In this document: piece by piece, positions 1 through 11,984 of the stretch | How positions within the stretch are numbered: the stretch's first letter is position 1 | Layout of the letters: every line of letters begins with the position of its first letter | Assembly (NCBI RefSeq): GCF_009834535.1 | Contig: NC_045697.1 | Span: 7,256,001 to 7,320,000 of the forward strand | Reading direction: 5' to 3' | Length of the DNA stretch: 64,000 nt | Source of the DNA: Camelus ferus | Lineage: Eukaryota | Notes under the pieces: generated by a model | What the model was told of the DNA's origin: nothing | Databases searched by the model: none | Seen by the model: the letters and a program-made list of their open reading frames with translations, nothing else | Program-made: the position numbers and the translations under genes

Positions 1-109
1 TTGAATTCAGAGGGGAGAGAAACTAACAAAAGCTTAGAAGTTGCTGTTTCATATCAGACACCTTACAAATGCAGCCTTACTTTATCCGCCTGTCAAACTG
101 GTTGATAAA

Positions 110-240
110 TGTTCTTATCTTTATTTAAAAACAGGCCCAGAGAGGTCATGGGGTGTGTCTGAAGTCATCTATCTCCCAGAGTGGTAGAGAGGACATCGTA
201 ACATGTGACTGCTGGCTGCAAAAGCCATGCTTTGACCACT
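110..240 (-). mobile_element. MIR SINE fragment
   Basis: Degenerate MIR core: aggcccagagaggtcatg...gaagtca...gtggtagag...aaagccatgctt. Confidence 0.55.
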
Positions 241-316
241 ATAACATGGTGTTTCTCCACATGTGGTCATGGGGACAATATTCATAATTACAGTAATAAC
301 TCTCTGTTATATAAAC

Positions 317-526
317 CAGAGATCAGCAATCTTTCTCTACAAAGAGCCAGATGGCAAATATTTCAGACACAAGCTCTCTGTAGCAGCTACTCACATCTGC
401 CCTGGCGGTACTTAGACAGCCCAGGTAAAATGTAAATGACTGGGCGGGGCTGGGTCCCGGAACCTTTCCTTTATGCAAACAGGTGGCCAGTTGGATTTGC
501 CCTGCCGGCTGTAGTTAGCTGACCTG
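317..526 (-). mobile_element. MER58A hAT-Charlie DNA transposon (MITE)
   Basis: Colinear with the reverse MER58A consensus: cagagatcagcaatctttctctacaaagagccagatggcaaatattt...gtagttagctgacctg. Confidence 0.85.
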
Positions 527-1353
527 TGTCATGCAATGTTTGCAGTTTATAGTGCTCTCCTGCTTTTGGTCTACGTAAGCTTCCCAGGGTTGTGCAAACA
601 AGGCTCTGCGATTCTGTTTTACAGATTAAGTGACCAGAGTTCAGGGAGGGAACGACTTGTCCATGTTGACAAAGTTGCTGGAGTAGCTTACACCGTCAGT
701 GGACACTTGGAGAACAAATTTACACATATACACCACTCATTACTCAGTGGATTCCCTGAGGTCAATGGCCCCATCTTTTCATGTTTGTGTGACAAAGGAC
801 CTGGATGTAACGGGTATTTAATAGTTGAGAGGACAGAAGGTTAATAAAAGCACTTTTATTAATGGGAGAATATTCCAGTCCCTTCACTCAAAGAATATAT
901 TACTTTGATGTGGACGTTTAACATACATAGTAACGTTTCTTCGAGGGGTGTAAGTTATATGTGGGAGAACTGGAGGGTGGTGTTATGGCAGTAAGTTAAG
1001 AATACACAGAGCCTCATATTGATGGAGAAGACAAAGAATAAAAATTCTAAGCACCAGAGATAAGAACCCAAAATCCTAACAATATAGGGCCATTCAGGAC
1101 AAATACAAATTAACCATCTACTTTAGACAGACCTGCCCTTTTTAATGTTCATAACCACTACCTTCCTCCAAGATTTACATTATGCTTCACTTATGCTGTT
1201 TAAGAGGCGATCAATACATTTAGAAAGAATTCCACTGAATATGTTTGTTATGATCGATGCCCATGATGAAAATAAACTCACTCACACATTTACGTGCTTG
1301 AGCTCTGGTGGGAGGTACTCTTGGACTTTGAGCTGAAGCTTCTGGAGTCTGCC

Positions 1354-1681
1354 CTGCACTGTCCGATGTGGAAGCCACAAGCCACGCGTGGCTGCTGGGG
1401 ACTTGAAATGTAGCCAGTTCAGATGCAATGTCCCAGAAGGATAAAGACATAATGGATTTTGAAAACTTAGTACAAAGAAAGTAAAATATCTTTTTTATAA
1501 TTTTTGTATGGGTTAAATGTTGAAATGATGATACTTTAAGTCTATTAGATTTTTTAAATCTGTTTTTTTTATTTTATCTTTTTTTCTTTTTTCTTTTTCT
1601 TTTTCATTTTTTTTAATGTGTCTGCTAGTAAATTTAAAACCACAGGTGTGGTTTGCATTATATTTCTATTGGATGATGCTG
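1354..1681 (-). mobile_element. MER33 hAT-Charlie DNA transposon
   Basis: TIR-like ends ctgcactgtcc...ttggatgatgctg; internal agccac..gtggct palindrome; gattttgaaaacttagtac. Confidence 0.85.
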
Positions 1682-2154
1682 GTCTAGACAAATTGCTGCT
1701 TGAAGGCATTTACAGTCTTAATCGGGTAAGGATATTTAATATATGAAAAAGTTAGTGAATGTGGCCATGCATCACCATACACCAAACTACATATAGTATT
1801 TCTTGAGACAAGGCAGTGCTTTTTTTGATCTTGTTTTCTTTTTAACTAAAAGACATTTTCAACCTATTGAAGGTCAGGATACCAGAGCACTGGACAGTGT
1901 ATTTTTTGTTTTGCTTTGATTTTTTTTTGCCAAATCTTTCAAGTTTCTTCTTCCTTTCCAAGCAAAAAGCCAATATTATTCCCTTTTCTTTCCAATATAC
2001 TCTTAGGATAGTAATAAAAACAATTGTAATGATATAAAATACTTTAAAAATGCCTAATAATTACTTAGCACTGGAGAAAATGCTTGACCTTCCATGTCTT
2101 ATTATAAATGAAAATTGTTAGCTCCTCTATTAGAAGTCTTAACTCCTTGGGAGA

Positions 2155-2210
2155 TAAGATATAGAAGGTCTAAGATATAGAAGGTCTGTGTTTTAAGATA
2201 TAGAAGGTCT
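2155..2210. repeat. Three identical copies of 16-mer TAAGATATAGAAGGTC
   Basis: Copies at 2155-2170, 2171-2186 and 2194-2209. Confidence 0.95.
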
Positions 2211-4943
2211 CGCAAATAATTACGGTGATTAGGTAATATTTGTTGGATAGAGACATCAATGAATACTGCACATAAACAGTGCTTCTCAGACCTGGAGGTA
2301 TGTACAATGGAATGAGGTGGAGAGGGAGGTTTGCTCAGCAACCTGCCTGGGGAATGCAAGTTCAAGGTCAAAGCATACCGCACCTTCCCATAAAGCATAC
2401 ATTTTACTTAATGGTAGATAATTTAACCCCATTTTCATATCAAAGTATACATGGAAGTATTGTGGGGGAGACTTAAAATCTCATGAATTTTTATGACAGA
2501 ACAGGTAAAGGACTTCAAAGGAATGCCATCCTCACTGCAGACTTTCCAAGGCTAAATTCTCAGCCTCTGACACCTTCACTCCTCGCCCACCAGCGGGTTC
2601 CCATCTATGCTTCAGTGGGCGAGTTCTCCCAGAGCTGCTCAAAGGAAGACACCAGCATCCCGATTAATGTAGAACCCACCGGCGGCCCACACTACACGGG
2701 GCACCGGGGCTCCTGCCGTGTTACCCGGCACTCCAAGGGGCTCATCAAAGCAGCAGTAACCGAAGGGCTTTCTTTGGGGTGTGGTGGGACAGAGAATTTT
2801 CTACCTTTCTGCTGTTAAGATCATGGTGATGTTGCAACATCAAACCCTGAACCTCCAGGACTGACAGTTACTCTTCCCAAAATTCTCACATTCTCCTCCG
2901 GGGCCTTGCCATCTCCTTTGGTAGCAACAAGCTGCCTTCCAGAGTTAATGTTCTCTTTTTAGTCCACGTGTCATCTTGTGTGCACGTGTCTTGCTTAAAA
3001 AAGCTAGACTCAGTGGGTTGGTTTAGCAAGAGGAAGATGTACATTGATTTCCTTCACACGGTGGTAGCCATGTGAGACTTCAGCCCAAATGCAGTGCCTG
3101 CCTTCCTTTCCCTCCCTCCCTCATTCTTCTTCTCTTCTCTCATGCAAGGAGGGGCTGCCTCTCTGACTGGTGAGCTTGTAGAAGGAGCTGGGCATCCTGG
3201 CACAGCCCACTCTCCACATGCATTCTGGTCTGCTCCCGGTGAGGCCCTGCAGGTGAGACCTGGAGTGCGGTCCAGGGTGAGCACCTGTCTACTTCAGGAG
3301 AAGCGTTAGCAAGCTCACCTGGCCACAGAGCTCAGTCCATGTCCTCCAACCCTGGCCTAACAGGCAACAAAAGCTGACTACGTGGATCTTCGCCTGTCTG
3401 ATTCTTTTGTCTTTCTTAAGCTTGTTTCCAAACTCAGGAGGGAAAGAGGAGTGTTGTTGGCAGACTCCTCAATCTCCAGGGGACCTTGATTCTGGCATCA
3501 GGGGCATCAAAGAGGAGTGAACAGAGTACACTTAAGTCAGAAAATTGAGTTTATAGCAAACACCTGCTTTCCTTCTGCTTGGAATCTTAGGCTGCCATCT
3601 TGCTGGCTTCATTTGTGGCAGGGACATGCTTCAGACTGCCAGCTGGAACACACATACGGTTCCATGGGGTCCCGACCTCTAGGTCAGACTTACGAGAGCC
3701 TGGACTGTCAGAGCCAGTTTTCCGTCTGGGCCTTGCCGGTGCCCCCATGATTCACACCAGGGATGAACCCCCCTGCTGGAGAAATCATAGCCACGTGTCA
3801 GGAGAGGGTGGGAGGGACTCAGAAGGTGATTGCTGCAAGACAGTGGGGCCTTGGACAAAGGCAGGGATAGAGACAGGGACAAGTGACGTAAAGGTCTTTC
3901 TGTCTCTTTAAAGATCACCTTTAAGCTAACTGGGAATCTTGCTCTTCTGCTTATCTTTCTTCTCCCACCAAAACAATTCTCTGAATAGACAGTATTTCCG
4001 AAGGGTTTAAAGTAAAATTTTCTGAAGTGAATTCCAGGGGAAGAGGGGAGCAGAGACCAGAGACATGCGTTTGAAACGGGATGGTTTGAACGGGACCCCA
4101 CTATGTACGTGTTACAAAACTTAAGCATCATAAGCATTAGTTATGCCATCTTACAGATTCCAAAATCCTCAGAGGTTGGAAACAATGTCAAAGATTCTTT
4201 GTCCACCAAAGAGAGTTAAGTGCACACGTGAACAGGAACACAGACCCATTGGCTAGCAGCTGCCATCTGTTACCAGATGAGGACCACTTTCCCCTACATT
4301 GTGAATGTAGCCTTCAGAAGGTTATTGCAGACCATCAGCATCAGCTCAGTGTGCAGCAACCTCACCTGGGGTCTCCCCACGGGTATGGTCAAAGCCAATG
4401 AAAGAATCAGATTCCCTGGGTCCAAACCAAGGCCCCTTTGACTTTCCGTATCTGCTAGAAAGTAAAATGTGGAGATCATACTTCGCATTAAGTAACATTA
4501 AATTTCAACTGAGCTTCTGTATTTTTTAACATGACTCTGAAATTTCTTATGCAATTCTTGATTATATATCTTTGTATGATTTAATGCTTAGCTAAAAGAT
4601 TTCATCAAAGTATAATTGCAGAAAAAGTTTAACCAATGAATGAGGAAAATGTAAATAATAATCAAGGTAGAAAAGATTGATCTTTCTGCTGGGACAGTTT
4701 GTGCATTTAGAGGAATCTTTTATAAAGGGCAATAATAATTTCTATTTGGTTGTAAATGACAATAGAAAAAAAACATTAGCCTTTCATCTAAGGATTCAGA
4801 CAGAAGACCTGAGATGCATAGGGCTCCAAATTACGGCATTACACTGTCAAAAGAATGTGTGTCTTGATCTTTCTACACAGAATTCCCTCCATGACCCCAT
4901 TCTCTTCTTGTCTGTCATTCCATTTCTCCCATTTTCCCTCCTT

Positions 4944-5132
4944 TTAAAAATCATCACGTAGTAAAATGGACTTACTTTGGTGTACAGTTTTACGGACTTT
5001 AACACATGTATAGATTTGCTTAATCACCACCAAATCAGAATTCAAAACAGTCCTATCACCTAGAAAACGCCTATGTTACCCATCTGTAGTTATACCCTCC
5101 CCGAGCCCTAATACCCAGCAACCACTGATGTA
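4944..5132 (-). mobile_element. Old L1 (L1MB/MC-type) 3' end fragment
   Basis: gtaaaatgg..tgtacagttt...aatcaccaccaaatcag...cagcaaccactgat, typical antisense L1M 3' UTR. Confidence 0.75.
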
Positions 5133-5509
5133 GTCCCTTCTCTGCTTTCCTAAATTTAAAAATAAAATGAACTGAGTCTACAAAGTCTGTTAAAAAATCC
5201 TAAAAAGATAGGGGATATTCCAGAAATGCACATCAACCAAAGTCTAAAAGAATTAGATTAATTTTGCAAATCTTCTACTAGATTTTCGCAACTAGACATC
5301 CCCTTTCCCAATTTCTCCTAAGGATGCTCCACGATTAGTACTATTCGAGATGTGCTGATAGAGGTCAGCTAACTGCACACGACGGATGCCTTAGGGTGTC
5401 AGGGCTTACTTCTTTTGCAGAACCAATTGCAAAAATCTGCAAGATTTATTATTAAATAGTTAGAAACTTACATTAAAATAATTGCCATGCAGGCTGAATA
5501 TGCAGGTGA

Positions 5510-5930
5510 AGATTTATGTACAAGGAGATTCATGAAAGAATGAAAAAGTGGAAAGAACTTACATGTCCAACAAAAGGGCAGGCCATTAATAAAATATGAT
5601 ATTTATAATGGTAAAAATTCTTTGCAGTTATTAAAATAAAATCTTAAAATATTACACAAGATAAAATGTGCTCATGATATATTGTGATATACTTTATTTT
5701 TTGGAGACCAGGTATTTATTGAGACAGAAGTATCTAAATACACTGTGAAGTGAAGGACGTGTATAGTTTAGTGAGTAAAAACAGGCATTGTTGGTGCATG
5801 TAAAATGTATGTCTAGTGGTGATCTTTGCAGAGACTTACGATGAATATTATTTTGTTCTTTATATCTTTTTTTTGTTTTGTTTTGTTTTCAAATGTTATG
5901 TAATGAACCATGGCAATCTTTATTTTTTCA
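5510..5930 (+). mobile_element. L1ME-type 3' UTR remnant
   Basis: tgtacaaggagattcat...acatgtccaacaaaagg...gcagttattaaaa; highly diverged. Confidence 0.55.
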
Positions 5931-6320
5931 ACATGTCAACTTGTCCATTGTTAGCCCCACTTATTCAGTTGAACACTAATCTAGATGTTGCTATGAATGT
6001 ATTTTGTAGATGTGATTAAAGTCCATAATCAGTCGACTTTAACTAAGAGAGGTTCCCCTAGTTAACCTGGGTGGGTCCACTGAATCAATTGAAAGGCCTT
6101 AAGAGCGGAGCTGAGGGTTCCCAGAGGAAAAAAATCTCATTGTAGAATATCTCCAGCTCCCGCCTGAAAGTTCCAGACTGCCCTTGTCACCTGTCCTGTA
6201 GATTCTGGACTTGCTTAGCCAGTCTCCACAACTACACACGCCAATACCTGCAATAAATCATCTCCTACTATGTATTTCTCCTACTGCTTCTGATTGTCTG
6301 GTTGAACCTTGACTGATATA
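5930..6320 (+). mobile_element. MLT2-family ERVL LTR (MLT2D/E-like)
   Basis: aacactaatctagatgttgct..gtattttgtagatgtg, gggtgggtcc..aatcaattgaaaggccttaagagc; ends ttgactgatata. Confidence 0.85.
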
Positions 6321-6374
6321 ATGGACTAGGAAGCACGTATGCAGGCACTCAGGTGTTACTCACTATTATTCTCT

Positions 6375-6831
6375 GGGGTGTTTCGAATTCTCCCTAGAAG
6401 CTGACCCTTAGAAGACAAGGAGTTTATTCAAAAGGTGATCCCAGACAGTACAAGTAGCAGAGAGGGGAAGTAAGACAAGGAAAGGAAATCAGCAAATAAA
6501 TGTTAGATTGTCAAGCAAGTTAACCCTGTGGGCAATTAAAGAATGCAGTTGGGGAATTCTGGAACACAGGGCGAATTGCTTCAGGGTTATCTCAACCGAG
6601 CGGTGAGTGCAAACGAGTGCTTTCCCACCAACTCTTCAGCCATGATTGGGCAAGGAGGTTTCTGGGGGCATTCCCTCTGCTGCACTCAGGGCTTGCTCTG
6701 CTCCTCAGCACAGGACTCGCTAGCTTAGAAAAAAGATCCAGAAGGCAGTTGCAATGATGGTCTCTGTGGGTCTTCATTAAAGGCGGAGGCTGAGCAGAAG
6801 TTTCTGGGGAACATTAGTGGCATTTGCTGCA
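6375..6831 (-). mobile_element. ERVL LTR, LTR16-type
   Basis: gaagctgaccct..gacaagg..agtttatt..ggtgatcccag..ggggaagtaagacaaggaaagg; ends ggcatttgctgca. Confidence 0.7.
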
Positions 6832-6834
6832 TTT

Positions 6835-6912
6835 TCCTCATTTTTACAGATGAGGAAACTGAGGTCGAGCAGTTAATTAACTTACATAAGGTAAAACAGA
6901 TGGTAAGACTCA
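6835..6912 (-). mobile_element. MIR fragment
   Basis: cattttttacagatgaggaaactgagg core. Confidence 0.75.
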
Positions 6913-7454
6913 AAATAGATGTGTCTTCAAAACCCTCTTAATTGTTTAGAACATATAAGAAATAAATTCCTTGCCCATAGCGATATCCATGTCAACAGAG
7001 AGTTAGGTCACATCAGCCTTTACTGTTCCTTTTGTTGGGTCACACTAAATTCTAGGAGTGCAGGCAATGCCTGTTTCCCTTTGAATTAACTCAGCTTCTT
7101 ATACATCTCAGCCTCCAGCTTCTCTCTTTCCCTTTTGGTAAACACCTCAGGGTGTGCCTTGAGCATCTTAGCAGAGGCGGGAGAAGTCTGCAGTTGGAAG
7201 AGCGGGCGTCTGGGTGATGCTTCATAATGAGGACCTGAAAAGAGTATTGCACGTATTTTATTTCTCCCATGTCTTTTTTCACTTAGCAGGACGTTTATTT
7301 TGCCATTATTTTCTCTAACACTGTGCTCATCCACATCATTCTGGTAACGTCTAAGCAAACCTTTCACCACCGTGTGAGACATTTGCAGCACCTTTCTGAG
7401 TAATGTGCAAGATACCGTATGGAAGGAGAATGTGGAGGAGAAAAGAAATGACAT

Positions 7455-7670
7455 TAGAGACCTACTGTGTGCTGTACACTAGCTAATGCACCTTCAATAT
7501 TTAATCTTATTTAATAAGGTGAGTATTATCATTTCCATTATAGAGGTGAGGAAACTGGAGCTCAGGGAGACTGGACATCTTCATCAGGATATGCCGCTAA
7601 CAAGAGGCTGAGCTGAGATTCAAACCCATGATGTTCATCTTCACTGCAAGTGTTCCATCAAGCTACACAC
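7455..7670 (-). mobile_element. MIR SINE
   Basis: ttccattatagaggtgaggaaactggagctcagggag...gctgagattcaaaccc. Confidence 0.8.
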
Positions 7671-8102
7671 AGTGCCTGACCCAAAGGGATCTGCTGACGG
7701 ATGACAAACCAAGTTATACAAGAGATACAGAATGGTAGGGAAGATGCCAGAAGGGTGACCTGGGTCATTACCAAAGGAATAATTCAAATAAGTGTGTCAT
7801 GAGTTTTCTATTAAGGGATCTAAGGAACATCTTTGCAGAGAAAGTGGAACTTAATCAGTGAGTAAAATGTAAAAATGGTAAAGTGAGCAAGGTGCAGAGA
7901 GGCCAGGAGCAGATGTGCAGTTGAGTCATGGTGTGTTTTTGGTTGGGTCCAGATGTTGCATGTGTGCACACCCTTCCTGGCTCGAGCAGTTGCAATCCCA
8001 GCTCACACAGTGGCTCTTCTCTGAAGCCTTCCTGTGTCTCCTGATGGAGGGGTTCTTGCTTCATCTGTGTTCCAGGAACATTCTCTCACAACTTGTAGCA
8101 CA

Positions 8103-8300
8103 ACAGTTTAGAGTGAGGGCTCTGAAACCGAGATCTACTGCCTGGATTAAAATCTGGGATGGACCTCTTCCTAGTTGTGACCTTGGGTGATTTATTCAGC
8201 AAACCCATGACCTGTTTTTCTCACATGAAAAGTGGATAATAATGGTACTTGCTTCATAGGGATGCTATAAAATTAGAAGTTTTATATCTACTGAGACCTG
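8103..8300 (+). mobile_element. MIR SINE
   Basis: gggctctgaa...ctagttgtgaccttggg...ggataataatggtacttgcttcatagg. Confidence 0.8.
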
Positions 8301-8322
8301 AGCTTGGTATGATCTTCGAGAC

Positions 8323-8554
8323 CTGTGGTTCCCAGCTGGTGGTGATTTTGTCCATCAACAGTTATTTGAGACTATCCAGAGATATTTTGGTTGTCACAGT
8401 TGGGGAGGGGGTTGCTATTGGCAACTAGTGGGTAGCGGCCAGAGATACTGCTAAAGTAAACATCCTGCAATGCACAGGACAGCCTCCTCCCCACTCACTC
8501 AACAAAGAATCATTTGGTCTAAAATGTTAATGATGTTAAGTTTGAGAGATACTG
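8323..8554 (+). mobile_element. MER20 hAT-Charlie DNA transposon, near full length
   Basis: ctgtggttccc..gattttg..ttttggttgtcacag..ctagtgggtagcggccagagatactgctaaa..catcctgcaatgcacaggacagcc; degenerate 8-bp TSD ttcgagac/tcctagac. Confidence 0.9.
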
Positions 8555-9267
8555 TCCTAGACCGTGGGCTTTCTGTAAACCGAGAGTGTGCCAACTGCGT
8601 AGGTATCTCTGTATTCATCATACCTCCTAGCAGGATTTCAGTGATGTTCGTTAATTTTCAGGAACTTGCCTGTCAACTGTAGAGTGGCTGATTAAAGCGA
8701 CAAGTCACAATGGAAGTCATAATCAATCCTTTAATCACTTACTGCAACGGGTCCAAATCAGTAGCTGCTGGCTTCCCCTATTTGGTTTCCACCCGCCACG
8801 AAACACCAGCCCAGGTCAGATGGGTCACATAGATGGGGTGGGGGGTGTTGTTTCACTGCAGAGGGAGCCCCAAACAAAAGGCTCCTACAGTCTATGGACC
8901 AGGGGGTCCGGAGGGAGATAAGAGGGGGAGGGCTGAGAGTGGAAGGGAATCTGAGAACTGAGTCAGAGTGCGGAATAGTGTTTTCAAGGTCTCCCCTTCC
9001 TTCTCGAACGATGCCTTGACAGAAGTGCTTGAAAGGAACCTTGGCCCAAGGCCTCGGATACAGAGACCTATGGGTGAAGGTGCCTGGACCAGGAATGCAA
9101 ATATGCAAAAAGCAGGCCTGGCCAGAGGGCCCTCAGTCCTGGCTGCAGATTTCACATTGCCCTGGTTGTGCTCAGACTCTGGCGTGGGGAGGGCAGCTTT
9201 CCTCTGTAAGGCCGGACAGGTAAAGCTTTTATAATTGCACTCATTTTTTATAATTATAGTACCTTTG

Positions 9268-9729
9268 TTTTTCCCAGATTTACTGAGTTATAGTTAACAA
9301 AAGTTGTACAATGGGATGTTTTGATACACATATAGATCGTGAAATGACACCACAATCAGGTGAGTTAACATATCCATCACCTCATATAGTCACTTTTTTT
9401 GGAGAGGTAAGTTAAGATTTACTTTCGCAGCAAATTCTAAGTACCTAATACACTGTGACTAGGCATAGTCACTGTGCTGTACATTAGATCTGCAGACCTG
9501 TTCAACCTGCACATCTCAAACTTTGTACCTTTGGCTAATGTTTCCCCATTTCCCCCACTTCCCAGGCCCTGGTAACCTTCATCTACTCTCTGCTTCTAGG
9601 AGTTCAACATTTTTAGATTCCACATGTAAGTGAGATCACGCAGTACTTAGTTTTCAGTGTTTGGCTTATTTCACTTGGCGTGATGTCCGTCAAGTTCATC
9701 CACGTTGCTGCGAATGACAGCATTCTTCC
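9268..9729 (-). mobile_element. L1 3' end (L1MA-type), 5'-truncated
   Basis: gttaacatatccatcacctcatatagt, gctgtacattagatct, tttttagattccacatgtaagtgagatca, ggcttatttcactt. Confidence 0.9.
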
Positions 9730-10207
9730 CAGCTGCCCAGTCCACAGGGCCCTTAAAATCACAGGTTTTTGCCTGGGAGCTGGATTCCTCATGAATGAAA
9801 TAATCAGTAGAATTATATATCTTATAGGAAAATAATTCTAACCAAAATGTATATGAGTAGGTATATACTTGAAATAAGATCCCACTTAGCCATCACAAAT
9901 GGTAATAACCAGTTCTTGGGGCTTTGTTAACTATTTTGCATAATAGGAAGATAAAGCAATCAACATACATTTCTATCGTGACTCTAAAATTTTTGATTAA
10001 ACACATTATGTATTTTTTCCTGACCTAAGGTAGCATGGGAGGCCATTTGAGATTGATTAGAGCAAATGGACCACACGTGCCCATTTTTAGGGGGCAGAGT
10101 TTGTTTGTAACTAAACTCAAGTCTAGTAAAAATGCTGTATTAATGTGAAAACACTGAATTGAAAAATTCTGAAACTGTAATGTAATCACCCTTTGATGAG
10201 AGCTAGC

Positions 10208-10480
10208 CTAGAGTAGGATTTAAGAATGGGGCTCTGGAGCTAGACTGGCTGGGGATGACCCTAAAATGCTGGCTCTGACATCCATAAGCTGTATGACTTT
10301 GGGAAAATCACTTGGCTTCTCTGTGTCTAATTTTTCTCACCCATAAAATGGGGATAATAATGATGATGATAACAACAGCAGTAACAATATGGCTGCTTGT
10401 GGGGTTTCAGTGTGTTAATTTCTGTAAAGTTCTTAGGAGAATGACTCACATGAAATAAGCCCTATAGAAATGTCTGCTGT
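10208..10480 (+). mobile_element. MIR SINE
   Basis: ggctctggagctagactgg...gctgtatgactttgggaaa...aaaatggggataataat. Confidence 0.85.
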
Positions 10481-11174
10481 TTCAAGATTGCTGTGGTGTC
10501 CAGGAAGTCTCTGGCCAGAAGTCACTATCAGGCTGTCCTGAAGGTAAGGAAGTTAGTCCAGCAAAGCAGAGAGTGATGGGCATGCCAGGTGGAAAGAATG
10601 CAGCGTGTGCTTAGAGCTTGAGGTGAGAACGTACCCCCTGCAGGTTGACTGTAGATTTCAAGGATACTGACACGGGAGGAGCCCGAGAAGAAAGCAGGTG
10701 GTGAGTCTTCCATGTCAGAGGAGAGCTTAGATTTCTGCCCTAAATAAACAGACCGTTAATGACAGGCTGTAACAGGTGACTGCGAGGCTCATCATTTTCC
10801 TGACTTTTTCTCACCTGCTCCTCATGCTCCAGGCTCCACCATGACAGCGGTGCACTCATGTTTGACACGGGCACTGGATCCTCTGATATCATTTGCAGTT
10901 TCTCGCCTCTGACAAGACTCAAATTTGCAGCCCTGGTTACTGCTGCCACTAGCTACAAAAATGTGGCTTTTTCTGTTAGGCTGCTGCCCTGGGAGTGGAA
11001 CATGCCGCCTTGGGGCAGGGGAAAATTAAGGCTTCCAGAGTTTCTCTCCACTAACATAATATGGTTCTTCTCTTCTTATACGCAATGCAAAATAAAATTT
11101 TATTATTTCGAATTTCTGAAATAAATTACTCTTTTAAAACAAATGTCCTAGGTGCACAATTCTAGAGAAATGTG

Positions 11175-11668
11175 TTTTTATTTATTTGCTTATTTACTTG
11201 TTTATTTTTATTAGGATTTAATTGAAATATAATATTGTAGATTTCAGGTACATCTGTCGATTATATATATGTTTATCAATTATATTTATATATATACATA
11301 TATAATTACCACCATGGTGTTAGCTAACACCTCTATCAACTCATATAATTATCATTTCTTTTTTGTGGTCAGATCAATCAAGATCTAGGCTCTTAGATAC
11401 TTTGAGGTTTATAGTGCAGTATTGTTACCTATAATCACTATGCTGTGCATTAGATCTTCAGACCATATTCATCTTCTGGTAGTAAATTTGTACCCTTTAA
11501 GTACATCTCTCCCACTCCCCAACTCCCCAGCCCCTGGTGACTGCCTTCTATGTATTCTCTGTTTCTACGAATTTGGCTTTTTCAGATTCTACATGTAAAT
11601 GATACCTCACAGTATTTGACTTTCTCTGACTGATCTCACTTCGCCTAATGACCTCAAGGCCCATCAAG
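11175..11668 (-). mobile_element. L1 3' end (L1MA9-like/laurasiatherian), 5'-truncated
   Basis: T-rich tail (tttattta)n, ttagctaacacctctatc, atgctgtgcattagatc, cagattctacatgtaaatgata. Confidence 0.9.
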
Positions 11669-11984
11669 GTAAAAACAAAATACACAAATGGAAGGATACC
11701 CAGCGTTCATGGCTTTAGACAAGTTTATTGACCTTGAATTCCTCTCTCTTCTCTTATGCCTGCTTTGCTTGCAATTTAAGCATATGTTTAGCTTTAATTG
11801 ATAGAAAAGCCTGGCCAGACTTTACAATTTTCTTAATCAGCTCAAAAAATAATTGGACACTCCAGCCTCCAGAAGAGTAGGTTGTGGGTTGTACCTTGCA
11901 GAATCAGTGGAAGAGCAGAGCAGAGAGTGGGAACAGAGTGAGGCATGACTAGTGACTATGATCACGAATGTCAGCAGTGGTCCT

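Noticed and set aside
1380..1393. Perfect palindrome AGCCACGCGTGGCT
   Set aside because: Intrinsic part of MER33
2155..2210. Repeat-spacer pattern as a CRISPR array
   Set aside because: Mammalian DNA; repeats are adjacent or 7 bp apart; no spacers or cas genes
3149..3252. Plus-strand exon candidate (donor CAG|GTGAGA at 3252)
   Set aside because: The acceptor is a weak AAG, the peptide is unrecognisable and no partner exons were found
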